From assembly GCA_965248445.1 (NCBI GenBank), contig CBDFJG010000001.1, positions 320,001-384,000 on the forward strand: a stretch of DNA of 64,000 nt. The letters run 5' to 3'. This DNA is from Planctomycetota bacterium. Lineage in GTDB: Bacteria > Planctomycetota > JAJSAM01 > JAJVHW01. A model generated the notes under the pieces. It did no database searches and was not told the origin of the DNA. It worked only from the letters and a program-made list of their open reading frames with translations. Positions within the stretch are counted from its first letter, which is position 1. Every line of letters begins with the position of its first letter. Positions 17,198 through 27,043 of this stretch are shown here, piece by piece. The translations under genes and the position numbers were made by a program.

Positions 17198-18757
17198 ATG
17201 AAGCCCGGCGCCCGACGACGACTCGCCTTCGCCACGGTTGCGGCCGTCGTGCTGCTCACCGGTTGGTGCGCGACCCGTCCCACTGAGCCGGAGGGTGCGA
17301 TGAAGCCGGAGCCGGCCGCAGACACGGACGAGACCGATCGAGAGCGCGTGAACGTGGTGCCTCCGCAGTCGGCCGGCGACGAGCCCGCGCAGCCCGCGGT
17401 GACGGAACCGCAGGCGCCGGGGGCCGACCCGACGGCGCGGATCGTCGTGCGTGTCCTCGACGAGCGTGGCTCGCCCGCCGCAGAGGTCACCGTGGTGATC
17501 GTCGCCAAGTACCCGTCGGACCGCGGACGATTCGAGGACGGCATCATCGAGACCGGTCTGACCGGCAACGATGGCTCCCTCGAGCTGACCGTCCCCGATC
17601 TCGGTGGTGTGAACGTGTTCGTCCACCGCGGGCGCGGCGCGGCCATGCGCGGGAACCTCCAGTTGGACCGAGCGGAGCCCCTCGAGGTCGAGCTGCGGCT
17701 CGGCGACGCGCCTCCGGTCCGCGGCGTCGTGCGGCACGAGAACGGCGCCCCCGTGACCGGCGCACCGGTCGTCGGACGATTCCAGACAGCTCCGCTCTCG
17801 CACTGGACGCACTACGTCCACACGACGTCCGGAAGCGACGGCGAGTTCACGCTCACGGGCGTGCCGCTCGACCACCGCGGACGGGAGGCATTCGTCAACG
17901 TGCCGCACGTCCAGGGCGTGTTCTGGGGCGGCGAGACGCGCATCGAAGTCGGGGCGTTCGATGAGCTCGTGCTCGTCGAGACACCACGCATCTGCCGGGT
18001 GCGGGGGCACTTCGTCGACAGCGATGACGACCCCATCGAGCCGGCGCGCGGGCAGTGGCGGTCCAGGAAGATCAGCTACGACACCGGGACGGACGACGAC
18101 GGTCGCATCGACATCAGCCTTCCGTACGGGACGTACGACGCGGAGATGTTCCCGATGCTCGCCGCCGCGTGGGAGCGCAAGGACATCGTGCTGGATCGGG
18201 CCGAACTCGATCTCGGCACGATCGTCCTGCCCCCCGGCGTCGCGCTCCGCGGAACGGTGCTGAATGCGGACGGCACCCCGGCCGCGCAAGCCAACGTGAA
18301 GGTCTCCTCCGCCTGGTGGGCTGTCGCGACGGACGAGGATGGACGCTTCGAAGTGCTGCACCTGAATCCCGGACCGCACCGTGTCGCCGTGCGCGCCGAC
18401 GGTAACTGGGGGTGGGAAGAGTCAAGCTACATCGAAGACGAGATCACTGTTCCGACCGACTCGGCGGTGATGCGTCTCGACGACGGCCGCTTCCTCTCAC
18501 TCAGATTTCAGGATGCGGACGGAGCCGAAGCGGAAGTGAGGAAGGTCGTTCTGCTGGTCTCCGATCCGGAGTCCGGCGACCGGGTGTACGGACACACGTG
18601 GAAAGGACGCAGTCATCGTGCCCGCCGTCGCCTGCCGCGTGCGGGCACGTTCGACGTCACCGTCACTGTGGACGACCGGGAGCCGGTGCGGTTCCCCAGA
18701 GTGGTGATCCAGGAGCTCGCGGAGACCGCGCTTCACGTGACGCTCAGCGAGAAGTAG
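17198..18757 (+). CDS. carboxypeptidase-regulatory-like repeat protein
   Basis: N-terminal TM; repeats VRVLDERGSP, GVVRHENGAPVTGA, GTVLNADGTPAA, TDEDGRFEV. Confidence 0.72.
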   Translation: MKPGARRRLAFATVAAVVLLTGWCATRPTEPEGAMKPEPAADTDETDRERVNVVPPQSAGDEPAQPAVTEPQAPGADPTARIVVRVLDERGSPAAEVTVVIVAKYPSDRGRFEDGIIETGLTGNDGSLELTVPDLGGVNVFVHRGRGAAMRGNLQLDRAEPLEVELRLGDAPPVRGVVRHENGAPVTGAPVVGRFQTAPLSHWTHYVHTTSGSDGEFTLTGVPLDHRGREAFVNVPHVQGVFWGGETRIEVGAFDELVLVETPRICRVRGHFVDSDDDPIEPARGQWRSRKISYDTGTDDDGRIDISLPYGTYDAEMFPMLAAAWERKDIVLDRAELDLGTIVLPPGVALRGTVLNADGTPAAQANVKVSSAWWAVATDEDGRFEVLHLNPGPHRVAVRADGNWGWEESSYIEDEITVPTDSAVMRLDDGRFLSLRFQDADGAEAEVRKVVLLVSDPESGDRVYGHTWKGRSHRARRRLPRAGTFDVTVTVDDREPVRFPRVVIQELAETALHVTLSEK

Positions 18758-18764
18758 CCGCTAG

Positions 18765-19478
18765 CTAGCGCTGACCGGCGAAGACCTTCTGCAACAGGTC
18801 GCTCACGCGCGCCGCCGGGTTCGTGCGGATGTCGCGCTCGATCTTCCCCAGTTCGGTGAACAGGCCGTCCAGCGCGCGCTCGGTGACATACGACTCGAGA
18901 TCGAGGTTCACCTTCGGCGCGAATGGCACCTGCTCGTACGTCGCCTTCAGATCGTTGAACGTACGCGCGGCGCCGACCTGGTCCATGTGGTTCTTCACGA
19001 TCGGCCGGTAGAGGTTCGTCAGCGCGCCCGACGTCTTGCGCCGGAAGAACGACGTCGCGGCCGTCTTGTTGCCGCCGAGGATCTTGCGCGCATCGTCGAA
19101 TGACATGCTTCGGATCGCGTCGCTGAATATGGGTGCGGCCTGTGTGACGGCGTGCTCGGCGGCCTCGTTCATCTTTGCCTCGAACGTGTCGATCTGTCCG
19201 CCGAGTCCGATCTTGCGCAGCGTCGACGCCAGATCGTCGAGCTCGTCGGGAACGATGATGCGGCGGACCGCATCGTTCGCGTAGCCGCCGGGGCGCGAGA
19301 GCAGGTTCACGGAGCGGTCCGTGCCGACGTTGAGCGCCTCCTTCAGCCCTGCGACGATCGTGTCGTTGCCGAGCCCACCCTGTCCCAGGACGTTTCCGAA
19401 GTCACCGGCACTCAGCGACTCGCACGCGGGGAGAGTCAGAGAACAGACCAGGAGCAGGACGGTGCCGAGGTGTTTCAT
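18765..19478 (-). CDS. DUF4197-family lipoprotein
   Basis: Lipobox LPAC; GLKEALNVG, MNEAAE.AV, DA..IL.G...AAT.FF, ALDGLF......E..IRTNPAAR...LLQKVF. Confidence 0.9.
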   Translation of the reverse strand: MKHLGTVLLLVCSLTLPACESLSAGDFGNVLGQGGLGNDTIVAGLKEALNVGTDRSVNLLSRPGGYANDAVRRIIVPDELDDLASTLRKIGLGGQIDTFEAKMNEAAEHAVTQAAPIFSDAIRSMSFDDARKILGGNKTAATSFFRRKTSGALTNLYRPIVKNHMDQVGAARTFNDLKATYEQVPFAPKVNLDLESYVTERALDGLFTELGKIERDIRTNPAARVSDLLQKVFAGQR

Positions 19479-19546
19479 GCCGCACAGTCTGACCGATCGG
19501 GTCCACCAGGCTCCGAATCGCTCGAGAGGCGTCCGCTGCGGCGCGC

Positions 19547-20092
19547 TCAGTCCTTCGAGCAGTCGATCGCGATCACGCCGTCGCCGAACGCAACCCAGAG
19601 CGAGCGCCCGCCGGGTCCCTCGCCCCATACGAGCTTGCGGTTCTCCTCGTCCACTTGCATCGTGTAACGCAGCCGCGCGCCGGCGACGACCACGCTTGCC
19701 CTCGCGGCCGTCCAGTCGTACTCGCCGGTGAGCAGGACGACGGAGATTTCCGACATGCGCGGCTCCTCGTCGTCGTCGTAGCACTTCACGACGCCCTGCC
19801 AATCCCCCTCCGGCGCGAACATCGACGCATCGAGTGGCAACCAGACCTCGCCGACGCTGTTAGCCGCGTCCTTCGTGTACTTCGCGACGTCGCGCTGGCG
19901 CATGCCGGGGAAGAGCCCGGTCTTCGCGCCGACGAGGTTCTTCATGATCTCGGCGACTGCGGCGTGAGTCGCCGCATCCCGGTCCTCTGCCCCCTCCTTC
20001 TCCTGCGCGGGCGCGCGCTCCGCGCTGAGCAGCCCCACCACGAGAGCCACGGAGACGATCGCTCCGAGGACGGCCAGATGACGGATCTTCAT
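19547..20092 (-). CDS. exported hypothetical protein
   Basis: RBS AAGGAG; signal peptide ending APA. Confidence 0.65.
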   Translation of the reverse strand: MKIRHLAVLGAIVSVALVVGLLSAERAPAQEKEGAEDRDAATHAAVAEIMKNLVGAKTGLFPGMRQRDVAKYTKDAANSVGEVWLPLDASMFAPEGDWQGVVKCYDDDEEPRMSEISVVLLTGEYDWTAARASVVVAGARLRYTMQVDEENRKLVWGEGPGGRSLWVAFGDGVIAIDCSKD

Positions 20093-20183
20093 GGGTGTCT
20101 CCTTCACGTCTGCACAGACCGAGGATAGACGACAGCCGGCGACGAGACCGGTGACAAGGAGCGAGGGGACCTACCATGTCGGG

Positions 20184-20924
20184 ATGCGCACGCTCGCGCT
20201 TCTCGTCTTGTCTTCCTTTCCGGTCGCGACCGCCTGTTCCGGCGGAGCGGGCGTGGACGCCGGCGTGACGCACGTCGCCGCGATCGGGCCGCGCGCGGCG
20301 GAACGCGAGCACATGGTCGCGACTCAGATCGAAGCGCGCGGCGTTCGCGACCAGCGCGTCCTCAACGCCGTGCGCGCGGTGCCACGGCACGAGTTCGTCC
20401 CGGCGGCTTGGGTGCGCCACGCCTACGAGGACACGCCGCTGGAGATCGGAATGGAACAGACGATCTCGCAGCCCTTCATCGTGGCGTCGATGACCGAGGC
20501 AGGCCGGGTCCGGCCCGGCGACCGCGTGCTCGAGATCGGCACGGGCTCCGGGTATCAGGCCGCCGTCCTCGCAGAGATCACCGACGACGTCTACACGATC
20601 GAGATCATCGACGAGCTGGCGAGCACCGCGCGGGATCGCCTCGCACGACTCGGGTACGACACCGTGCGGTGCCGCACCGGCGACGGCTACGCGGGGTGGC
20701 CGGAGGCCGCTCCGTTCGACGTGATCATCGTGACGGCTGCGCCCGATGAGCCGCCGCCCGCGCTCGTGGAGCAGTTGCGGGCGGGCGGACGTATGATCAT
20801 CCCGCTCGAACGCGGCGCCGCGGCCCAGGCGCTGGTGCGCATCACGAAGGACGCGGACGGCACGGTCTCGACCGAGACGCTCTATCCCGTCTCGTTCGTC
20901 CCGTTCACTCGTGAGACCGACTGA
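20184..20924 (+). CDS. pcm: protein-L-isoaspartate O-methyltransferase
   Basis: MVATQIEARGV.D.RVL.A...VPRHEFVP, QTISQPFIVA, VLEIGTGSGYQAAVL, GDGYAGWPEAAPFDVIIVTAA, FVPF. Confidence 0.95.
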   Translation: MRTLALLVLSSFPVATACSGGAGVDAGVTHVAAIGPRAAEREHMVATQIEARGVRDQRVLNAVRAVPRHEFVPAAWVRHAYEDTPLEIGMEQTISQPFIVASMTEAGRVRPGDRVLEIGTGSGYQAAVLAEITDDVYTIEIIDELASTARDRLARLGYDTVRCRTGDGYAGWPEAAPFDVIIVTAAPDEPPPALVEQLRAGGRMIIPLERGAAAQALVRITKDADGTVSTETLYPVSFVPFTRETD

Positions 20925-20934
20925 GCTCCGGTCT

Positions 20935-21384
20935 CTACAGCTCCGGCGTCACGCTCTCGTCGTAGACGCCGAGCCTCAGCGTGACCAGGACTCCGTTCGA
21001 CCACGGCCAGAGCGCTGCGAACGCGACGCGGCCGTCGTTGTAGCGGCGCAGGTAAAGGCACTGATCGGCATGGATGCCGTCGTGCGAGTCGACCATCCGC
21101 TGCATCGGCTCGTCGAGCATCGGGCGGCAGCCGAACGGCTTCCTCGGGAGCCCGAACACACGCGCGAGCATCTCGGAGCAACTCTCCAAGTCGTCGCTGG
21201 AGATGATCCCGTGCAGGTACTCCGCGGAGCAGCCATGGCGCAACTTGACGTCGAACTCGCCGAGGATCGACGTGACCAGCGTCGAGACGACCGCCGTGGA
21301 CTTGCCGCCGGCAGCCGGATCGAACAGGGTGACGCGCGTAGCGGCCCCGTCGACCAACGTCTTCAGAGAATCCATCATCCACAT
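20935..21384 (-). CDS. hypothetical protein
   Basis: Globular-looking ORF (GIHADQCLYL...AALWPWSNG.LVTLRL); start uncertain. Confidence 0.6.
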   Translation of the reverse strand: MWMMDSLKTLVDGAATRVTLFDPAAGGKSTAVVSTLVTSILGEFDVKLRHGCSAEYLHGIISSDDLESCSEMLARVFGLPRKPFGCRPMLDEPMQRMVDSHDGIHADQCLYLRRYNDGRVAFAALWPWSNGVLVTLRLGVYDESVTPEL

Positions 21385-21505
21385 GGTGAGCCAACCCCGG
21401 TCGGACGATAGAGAGCGACCGGGACCACTCCCCAGATCGGCATCGCCGGCCTCCGGCGTGAGAGGCAGTCGGTGCGGGCCCGCCCGGCCCCGGTCAGCGC
21501 CCGGA

Positions 21506-21946
21506 CTACCGCGGACGAGTCCCTCGCAGGCTCGCCAGCGTCTCGGGGTCGGCCTCGCCCACGTCGTCGGGGATCGTGTTTTGCGCCACGCTGGGCGCAC
21601 GAATTGTGTCGACCATCACGCTCGTGTCGGCCGGGACACGGCGCAGCAGATCGCGCGCCGCGGCCACGCCCGAGACACGCACACGCACCCAGCCGTCCTC
21701 GCCGACGAGCCGCTTCGCTTCGTCGAGCTCATCGAAGCTCTTGAGGCGATTGGTCCCCGTGATCAGCGTGAACCACGTTCTCCCATCGCGCTCCCACGCG
21801 TAGAGCACGTAGCCCTTCATCGAGTGCGGGAGGAAGTCCGGAAGGGAGTTGAGCGCCGGCGGGTCCGGCCGGTCTGCATCGGCGAGTGGATCCCCGCACG
21901 CGGCCAGGGCAACCGCAGCGAGCAAGACGGCGAGTGTGCTCCTCAT
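21506..21946 (-). CDS. hypothetical lipoprotein
   Basis: Lipobox LAAC; SMKGYVLYAW, FTLITGTNRLK. Confidence 0.72.
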   Translation of the reverse strand: MRSTLAVLLAAVALAACGDPLADADRPDPPALNSLPDFLPHSMKGYVLYAWERDGRTWFTLITGTNRLKSFDELDEAKRLVGEDGWVRVRVSGVAAARDLLRRVPADTSVMVDTIRAPSVAQNTIPDDVGEADPETLASLRGTRPR

Positions 21947-22037
21947 GCGCAGAGGCTACGCGCCCGAGCTGCCCAGCGTGTAACGGCCGCGCAACCTGGC
22001 GTGGTCAGCCCTGGACCTGGACTGCTGGGGCGACTAG

Positions 22038-23706
22038 CCCGAATCGTTCACCAGCCGGGAATCTGAGCGGGCCGTCGTCTGTCTAAGTGCTCGTACTCGC
22101 TAGTACTTGCACCGACAGGAGCGCCGGCCCGATGACGACAGACTGTAGCCCGCAGGGGACCCTCTTCGCGGGCATCTGTGGACGCACCGCGGTGACGCGC
22201 TTCGACGCCGGTACCGTGACGAGCGACGGGGGCGTGCTGCTGCTCGAGCGGACCGATCGTCGCATCGATCTGCTCTCGCGGTTTGCGCGCTGCTTCGGGG
22301 ACCACCGGGACCCGCGTCGGGTCGAGCACACGGTCGGCCAGATGCTGCGTCAGCGGGTCTTCGGGCTGTGCGCGGGCTACGAGGATCTGGTGGACCACGA
22401 CCATGTCGGCAAGGACCCGCTGTTTGCCGCGGCGTGCGGCAAGCGCGAGGGTGCTCTGGCCACGCACCCGACGCTCTCGCGGCTCGAGACCACGCAGCTC
22501 GGCGCCACGGCACAGACGCGCTACGCCAAGATCGAGATGGACCAGGAGCGCGTGGACAGCGTGCTCAGCGACGTCTTCTGCGAGGCCATGGGGCCGGAGG
22601 ATCCGGGCCTGCTCGTGCTGGACCTGGACCACTCCGACGTGCGGCTGCACGGCCGGCAGGAGGGCCGCTTCTTCCACGGCTACTACGGGCACTACTGCTA
22701 CCTGCCGCTGTACGTCTTCTGCGGCGAGCACCTCTTGCTCGCTCGGCTCCAGACCGCTGACAGAGATCCCGCGCGCGGAGTCGTGGACGAGCTCCGTGCG
22801 CTGGTCTTACGTCTGCGGCGCCGCTGGCCCCGGGCCAAGGTGCTCGTGCGCGCAGACTCGGGCTTTTGCCGCGAGGAGCTGATGGCCTGGTGCGAGGCCG
22901 CCGGCCACTTCTACCTGCTGGGCATGGCGCGCAATGAGCGCCTTGAGCGACACGTCGAAGACGCGCTCGATGAGGCCGCAGCCCGTGCCGTGCAGACCGG
23001 CCGAGCAGCCCGGGTCTTTCGCGACTTTGCCTGGACCACGCTGGGGAGCTGGAGCCAGAGGCGTCGCGTGGTCGCCAAGGCCGAGCACCTGCCGGGCGGC
23101 AAGCGCAATCCCCGCTTCGTGGTGACCAATCTGCCGCCTCGTAGCTGGAGCAGCAAGCGTCTCTACGAGCAGCTCTACTGCGCCCGGGGCGAGGCGGAGA
23201 ATCGCATCAAGGAGCAGCAGCTCGAGCTCTTCGGCACCCGTCTGTCGGTGCACACGATGCAGGGCAACGCCGTGCGGATGGCCATGTCGGCCATGGCCTA
23301 CGTCCTGACCTGTGCGCTGCGACGCATCGGTCTCGCCGGCACCGAGATGGCGCGTGCGCAAGCCGGCACGATCCGCCTGCGGCTGCTCAAGATCGGCGCG
23401 CTCGTGCGGATCACGACGCGCCGGATCTGGGTCTCGATGTCCTCGTCGTGGCCCTGGCAGCACGTCTTCGAGCGCTGCGCGCAACGACTGCTGGCATCCC
23501 CGAAGCCGACCTGACGTCCCGCCGCGCCGTCCGCCACACCACCGCCCGGCCTACGGTCTGCCCACACCGCAGAATCCGCGCCGTTTCGGCCGCTCACTCG
23601 CGTTGCCCTTGTGGCAACGACGACAGCATCCGCCCTCGCCTGGCCAAGATCTGACCCTGTGGACTCCGAAAGCACCGTCATCGCGACGTCTCGTGAACAG
23701 ATGCGG
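22038..23706 (+). mobile_element. IS1380-family insertion sequence (1669 bp)
   Basis: Imperfect TIRs CCCGAATCGTTCAC (22038-22051) and GTGAACAGATGCGG (23693-23706); flanking CTAG at 22034-22037 and 23707-23710. Confidence 0.85.
22132..23514 (+). CDS. IS1380-family DDE transposase
   Basis: FDAGTVTSDGG.LLL, QRVFGL.AGYEDL.DH, LDLD...HG.QEG.FFHGYY...CYLPLY, RADSGF, YCARGEAENRIKE, TIRLRLLKIGA. Confidence 0.95.
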   Translation: MTTDCSPQGTLFAGICGRTAVTRFDAGTVTSDGGVLLLERTDRRIDLLSRFARCFGDHRDPRRVEHTVGQMLRQRVFGLCAGYEDLVDHDHVGKDPLFAAACGKREGALATHPTLSRLETTQLGATAQTRYAKIEMDQERVDSVLSDVFCEAMGPEDPGLLVLDLDHSDVRLHGRQEGRFFHGYYGHYCYLPLYVFCGEHLLLARLQTADRDPARGVVDELRALVLRLRRRWPRAKVLVRADSGFCREELMAWCEAAGHFYLLGMARNERLERHVEDALDEAAARAVQTGRAARVFRDFAWTTLGSWSQRRRVVAKAEHLPGGKRNPRFVVTNLPPRSWSSKRLYEQLYCARGEAENRIKEQQLELFGTRLSVHTMQGNAVRMAMSAMAYVLTCALRRIGLAGTEMARAQAGTIRLRLLKIGALVRITTRRIWVSMSSSWPWQHVFERCAQRLLASPKPT

Positions 23707-24735
23707 CTAGTCCGCCGCGTCGACGGACGCGCATCGCTCGTACACCGGAACGAGGCAAGTGGACCGATAGTCCAGCCCGCGAGCGGTTCCGTGGACCTCG
23801 AGCTCCCAGTACGTCGCGGGATATCCGGAGAGACGTGTAGCGGGCGCGCGTTCAGGAAGCGCGAACTCGAGGTGCAGTTCGGCTCCGGCGGTGACGTGTG
23901 AGGCGACGTCCGCGAACTCTCGCACGTCCTCATGGACGCAGAAGACCTCGATCGAGGTCTCGGTGCCGTCGTGGGTTCCCCGAACCGCAATCTCCTCCTC
24001 GATGGCGCGGAACGTGAAGCGCAGCTTGTCGAACGAGCGTGGACGCGAGAGTGAGAAGCCGAGCGAAGCATCATCGCCGACGAAGAACGGCGCTGCGTCC
24101 CAGCGCACCGTCGCACTCCCGTACCTCGCGGCGTGAGCGAGTTGCATGAGGACACCCACGAACATCCACGCGGCGATCAGATCCGCGACGGCGCAGAGGG
24201 CCCAGAGCCAGATCGCGTCGGCGTGCGCAGCGAGGATCAGGTTGAGCGGAGTCACGATGACGGCCGCGGTCGCGAGGATCGCGAGCTGCGTTCCGAGGCG
24301 CCCTAGCCCGCGGTCCTTCGCACCGCCGACGCGCCATGGATGGTCCGCTCGCCAAGCCTGGTCCGGATACAGCCTGCGCAATCGAGCGCGGCGCCGCCGG
24401 CTGATCGCCATCCTGAGTCCGGAGAGCACGACGAACAGTCCGGTGAGGGCGGGCACGACGACCAGGAAGTGCCCGACGACCGCGTACACTGCTCCGCGCC
24501 TGCCAGATGCGCTCCCGAAGTCGGCACGCCACATCAACCAGAACGCGCCCGCGACGACGAAGGCGACGGCGCCAAGAGCGCAGTAGAGACGCGGGCTGTC
24601 GTGCGGCAGGCTGCGCGTCGTGCGACGGTGCAGGCGCGTGCGCGTCAAGCCGTCTCCGGGACCGCCTTCCACACCCGCCAACGTGCGCGGCACGTCGGCG
24701 CCTGGGGGACCTATCGAGAACTCGATGAGAGCCAT
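23707..24735 (-). CDS. membrane protein with C-terminal beta-sandwich-like domain
   Basis: About four hydrophobic segments, PWRADHPW-like motif, WELEV.G...GLDY...LVPVY; its TAG stop is part of the IS target CTAG. Confidence 0.65.
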   Translation of the reverse strand: MALIEFSIGPPGADVPRTLAGVEGGPGDGLTRTRLHRRTTRSLPHDSPRLYCALGAVAFVVAGAFWLMWRADFGSASGRRGAVYAVVGHFLVVVPALTGLFVVLSGLRMAISRRRRARLRRLYPDQAWRADHPWRVGGAKDRGLGRLGTQLAILATAAVIVTPLNLILAAHADAIWLWALCAVADLIAAWMFVGVLMQLAHAARYGSATVRWDAAPFFVGDDASLGFSLSRPRSFDKLRFTFRAIEEEIAVRGTHDGTETSIEVFCVHEDVREFADVASHVTAGAELHLEFALPERAPATRLSGYPATYWELEVHGTARGLDYRSTCLVPVYERCASVDAAD

Positions 24736-24864
24736 ACAGCACCATCGGGCCCGGAGGCGGTCCACCCTGACCGGCACCCCCGTGTCAGCCTGGGAGCAGC
24801 CTCGTAGCACTCGCGGCGATCCGCCATGTACGCCAGGACACCCTGGGCACTCTAAGATCGACGC

Positions 24865-25563
24865 ATGCAAATCCGCGTCGGCACCAGTGGGTACTCGTAC
24901 AAGGAGTGGAAGGGGTCCTTCTACCCCGAGAAGCTCGCCGCTTCGAAGATGCTGACGTACTACGCCGAGCGGCTGCCCGCTGTCGAGGTGAACTACACGT
25001 TCCGGCGCATGCCCAGCGAGAAGACCGTCGCGCGCTGGGTCGCAGAGACGCCTGATTCGTTCCGCTTCGTCTTGAAGGTCCACCAACGGATCAGCCATCG
25101 TCAGCGACTCAAGGACAGCGGCGACTCTCTCGCGTACCTGCTGAAAGTCACCGACGGGCTCGGCGAGAAGCGCGGTCCGTTCCTCGTGCAGCTGCCGCCG
25201 AACTTCAAGGCAGACGTCGACCGGCTTGCGTCGTTCGTCGACCTGATCCCCGACGGAGTTCGGGTCGGCTTCGAATTCCGAAACGACTCGTGGTTCGACG
25301 ACGCCGTGTACGACGTGCTGCGCGCGAAGAATGCGGCCGTCGTCTTCGCAGAAGCCGACGATCGCCCGGAGTCTCCCGCGATTGCTACCGCCGACTGGGG
25401 CTACGCACGCCTCCGTAAGACCCAGTACGACAAGAAGGCGCTTGTCGCATGGAGCAAGCGCATCAGTGAGTGCGGGTGGAATGAGGCCTTCGTCTTCTTC
25501 AAGCACGAGGACGGAGGCGCCGGGCCCAAGTTCGCGACCGAGTTCGCGGAACTCACCGGCTGA
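24865..25563 (+). CDS. DUF72 (YecE-like) protein
   Basis: GTSGYSYKEW.G.FYP, VEVNYTFRR.P, QLPPNF, FEFRN.SW, YARLR, FFKHED. Confidence 0.93.
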   Translation: MQIRVGTSGYSYKEWKGSFYPEKLAASKMLTYYAERLPAVEVNYTFRRMPSEKTVARWVAETPDSFRFVLKVHQRISHRQRLKDSGDSLAYLLKVTDGLGEKRGPFLVQLPPNFKADVDRLASFVDLIPDGVRVGFEFRNDSWFDDAVYDVLRAKNAAVVFAEADDRPESPAIATADWGYARLRKTQYDKKALVAWSKRISECGWNEAFVFFKHEDGGAGPKFATEFAELTG

Positions 25564-25587
25564 GACAGGCGGGCGTCTGCGCGCCGT

Positions 25588-26952
25588 CTACTCGAGCAGC
25601 TCCACCGCGGCGCCCTCCTCCTCGAACAGGTCGTCGCCGCGGACACGCGAGAACGTGTTGCCGCGCCGCTCGGAGCGGCTGCCCGCAGCGAAGTGGATGC
25701 CGTCGCCTCCGCAACGCGTGATCCGATTCGTGTCCAGCACGACAGTGCCGGCGCCCTCGCGCACGAACACCCCGTGGCGCAGACTGCCCACGATGTGGTT
25801 CTGGGCGAGCACGAGCCGCGTGCCGTCGGTGACGGCGATCAGACCCGCCTCGCCGTCCCGGCCGCGGACGCCGGTCACGGTGTTTCCCCGCGCGAGGATG
25901 GTCCCCGTATCCCCACCGTCGACGATCATGGCGTTGCCGTTGCACGCGGAGACCCTGTTCTGCGACACATCCAGCACACCGCCGAGTTCGTGGCTGTGAA
26001 ACACCAGTAGTCCCCACTGCGCGTTCCTGACGCGATTGTCCCGCACGGTGCCGGCGCCTGGCTCGGGGTTGTCACCTCGGCTCCTGAGCCCTGCCTCGAT
26101 GCCTCGACTGTGGCGACGCTTGGATGGGCGGCCGACGACTCGGTTTGCGACGACCGTGAGCGCGGACGCGTCCACGCTGATGGCGTGACCGGCTTCGACC
26201 ATCCGGATCCGGTTCCCCCGCACGACCACCGCGACCCCCGGCGGGGACGAGACGTTCTGATGGATGCCTATCGCGCCGCCTCCGCGCGCCGGCACGAATC
26301 GGTTCTCCTCGATCACCACGCTATGGACATTGCCCGAGATGATCCCGCCCTCGATGCGGTTGCGCCGGATCACGAGGCCGGAGCTCCCGGCCAGGCTGAC
26401 GTTGAAGTTCCGTCCCGCGATGTGGTTGCCTTCGAGCGTCGTGTCGCGGTCGTGGTCGAAGAAGAACTTCCCGCCGGACGTCGTCGCGCGCGGCCCCACG
26501 TTGAAGCGGTTCGGCCTGCCTTGCGTGCCGATCACGGTGTTCGAGACGTCATCGAGGTGCAGGTCGGCGCCGTAGAACCTGTTGCCGACGATCGTCGCGC
26601 CGTCTCCCGGACGTTCTACGCGCACGTCAACGCGGTCCAACGTGATTCGCCGAAGCGTCGTCCGTTCGGCGCGCACGATCAGCGTAGTCCCGCCCCGGAT
26701 CCGCACCGGCCCGCGGATCGTCAGGTCGCGCACGCCGAGGGGTAGCTCCAGGTCGTCTGCGAGTCGCACCTCTCGCACGCGAAACCGGATCACGTCCCCG
26801 CTCTCGACTTGGCTCAAGACGTCCGGCAACGAGCCCGCGCCGCCACCCGACGACCTCACGATCCACTCCTCGGCGAGAGCGGCTGACGAGCACACGAGCA
26901 GCGCCAGCATCACCAGCGCCCACCGTCCTGCAGTCGTCAAGCTCACTCCCAT
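25588..26952 (-). CDS. exported right-handed beta-helix protein (paralog 2, divergent)
   Basis: Signal ending ALA; GSL.....SGD.I; repeated .N.I/V...G motifs; ends GNTF...DLF. Confidence 0.75.
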   Translation of the reverse strand: MGVSLTTAGRWALVMLALLVCSSAALAEEWIVRSSGGGAGSLPDVLSQVESGDVIRFRVREVRLADDLELPLGVRDLTIRGPVRIRGGTTLIVRAERTTLRRITLDRVDVRVERPGDGATIVGNRFYGADLHLDDVSNTVIGTQGRPNRFNVGPRATTSGGKFFFDHDRDTTLEGNHIAGRNFNVSLAGSSGLVIRRNRIEGGIISGNVHSVVIEENRFVPARGGGAIGIHQNVSSPPGVAVVVRGNRIRMVEAGHAISVDASALTVVANRVVGRPSKRRHSRGIEAGLRSRGDNPEPGAGTVRDNRVRNAQWGLLVFHSHELGGVLDVSQNRVSACNGNAMIVDGGDTGTILARGNTVTGVRGRDGEAGLIAVTDGTRLVLAQNHIVGSLRHGVFVREGAGTVVLDTNRITRCGGDGIHFAAGSRSERRGNTFSRVRGDDLFEEEGAAVELLE

Positions 26953-27043
26953 CGCGGATGCCAGCGTACCTGGAATCGCGCTGGTCGACACCGCCGCCCC
27001 ATCGGCGACGCGCTTCCGGGGTCGCCCCGGTAACGTGGTTGCG

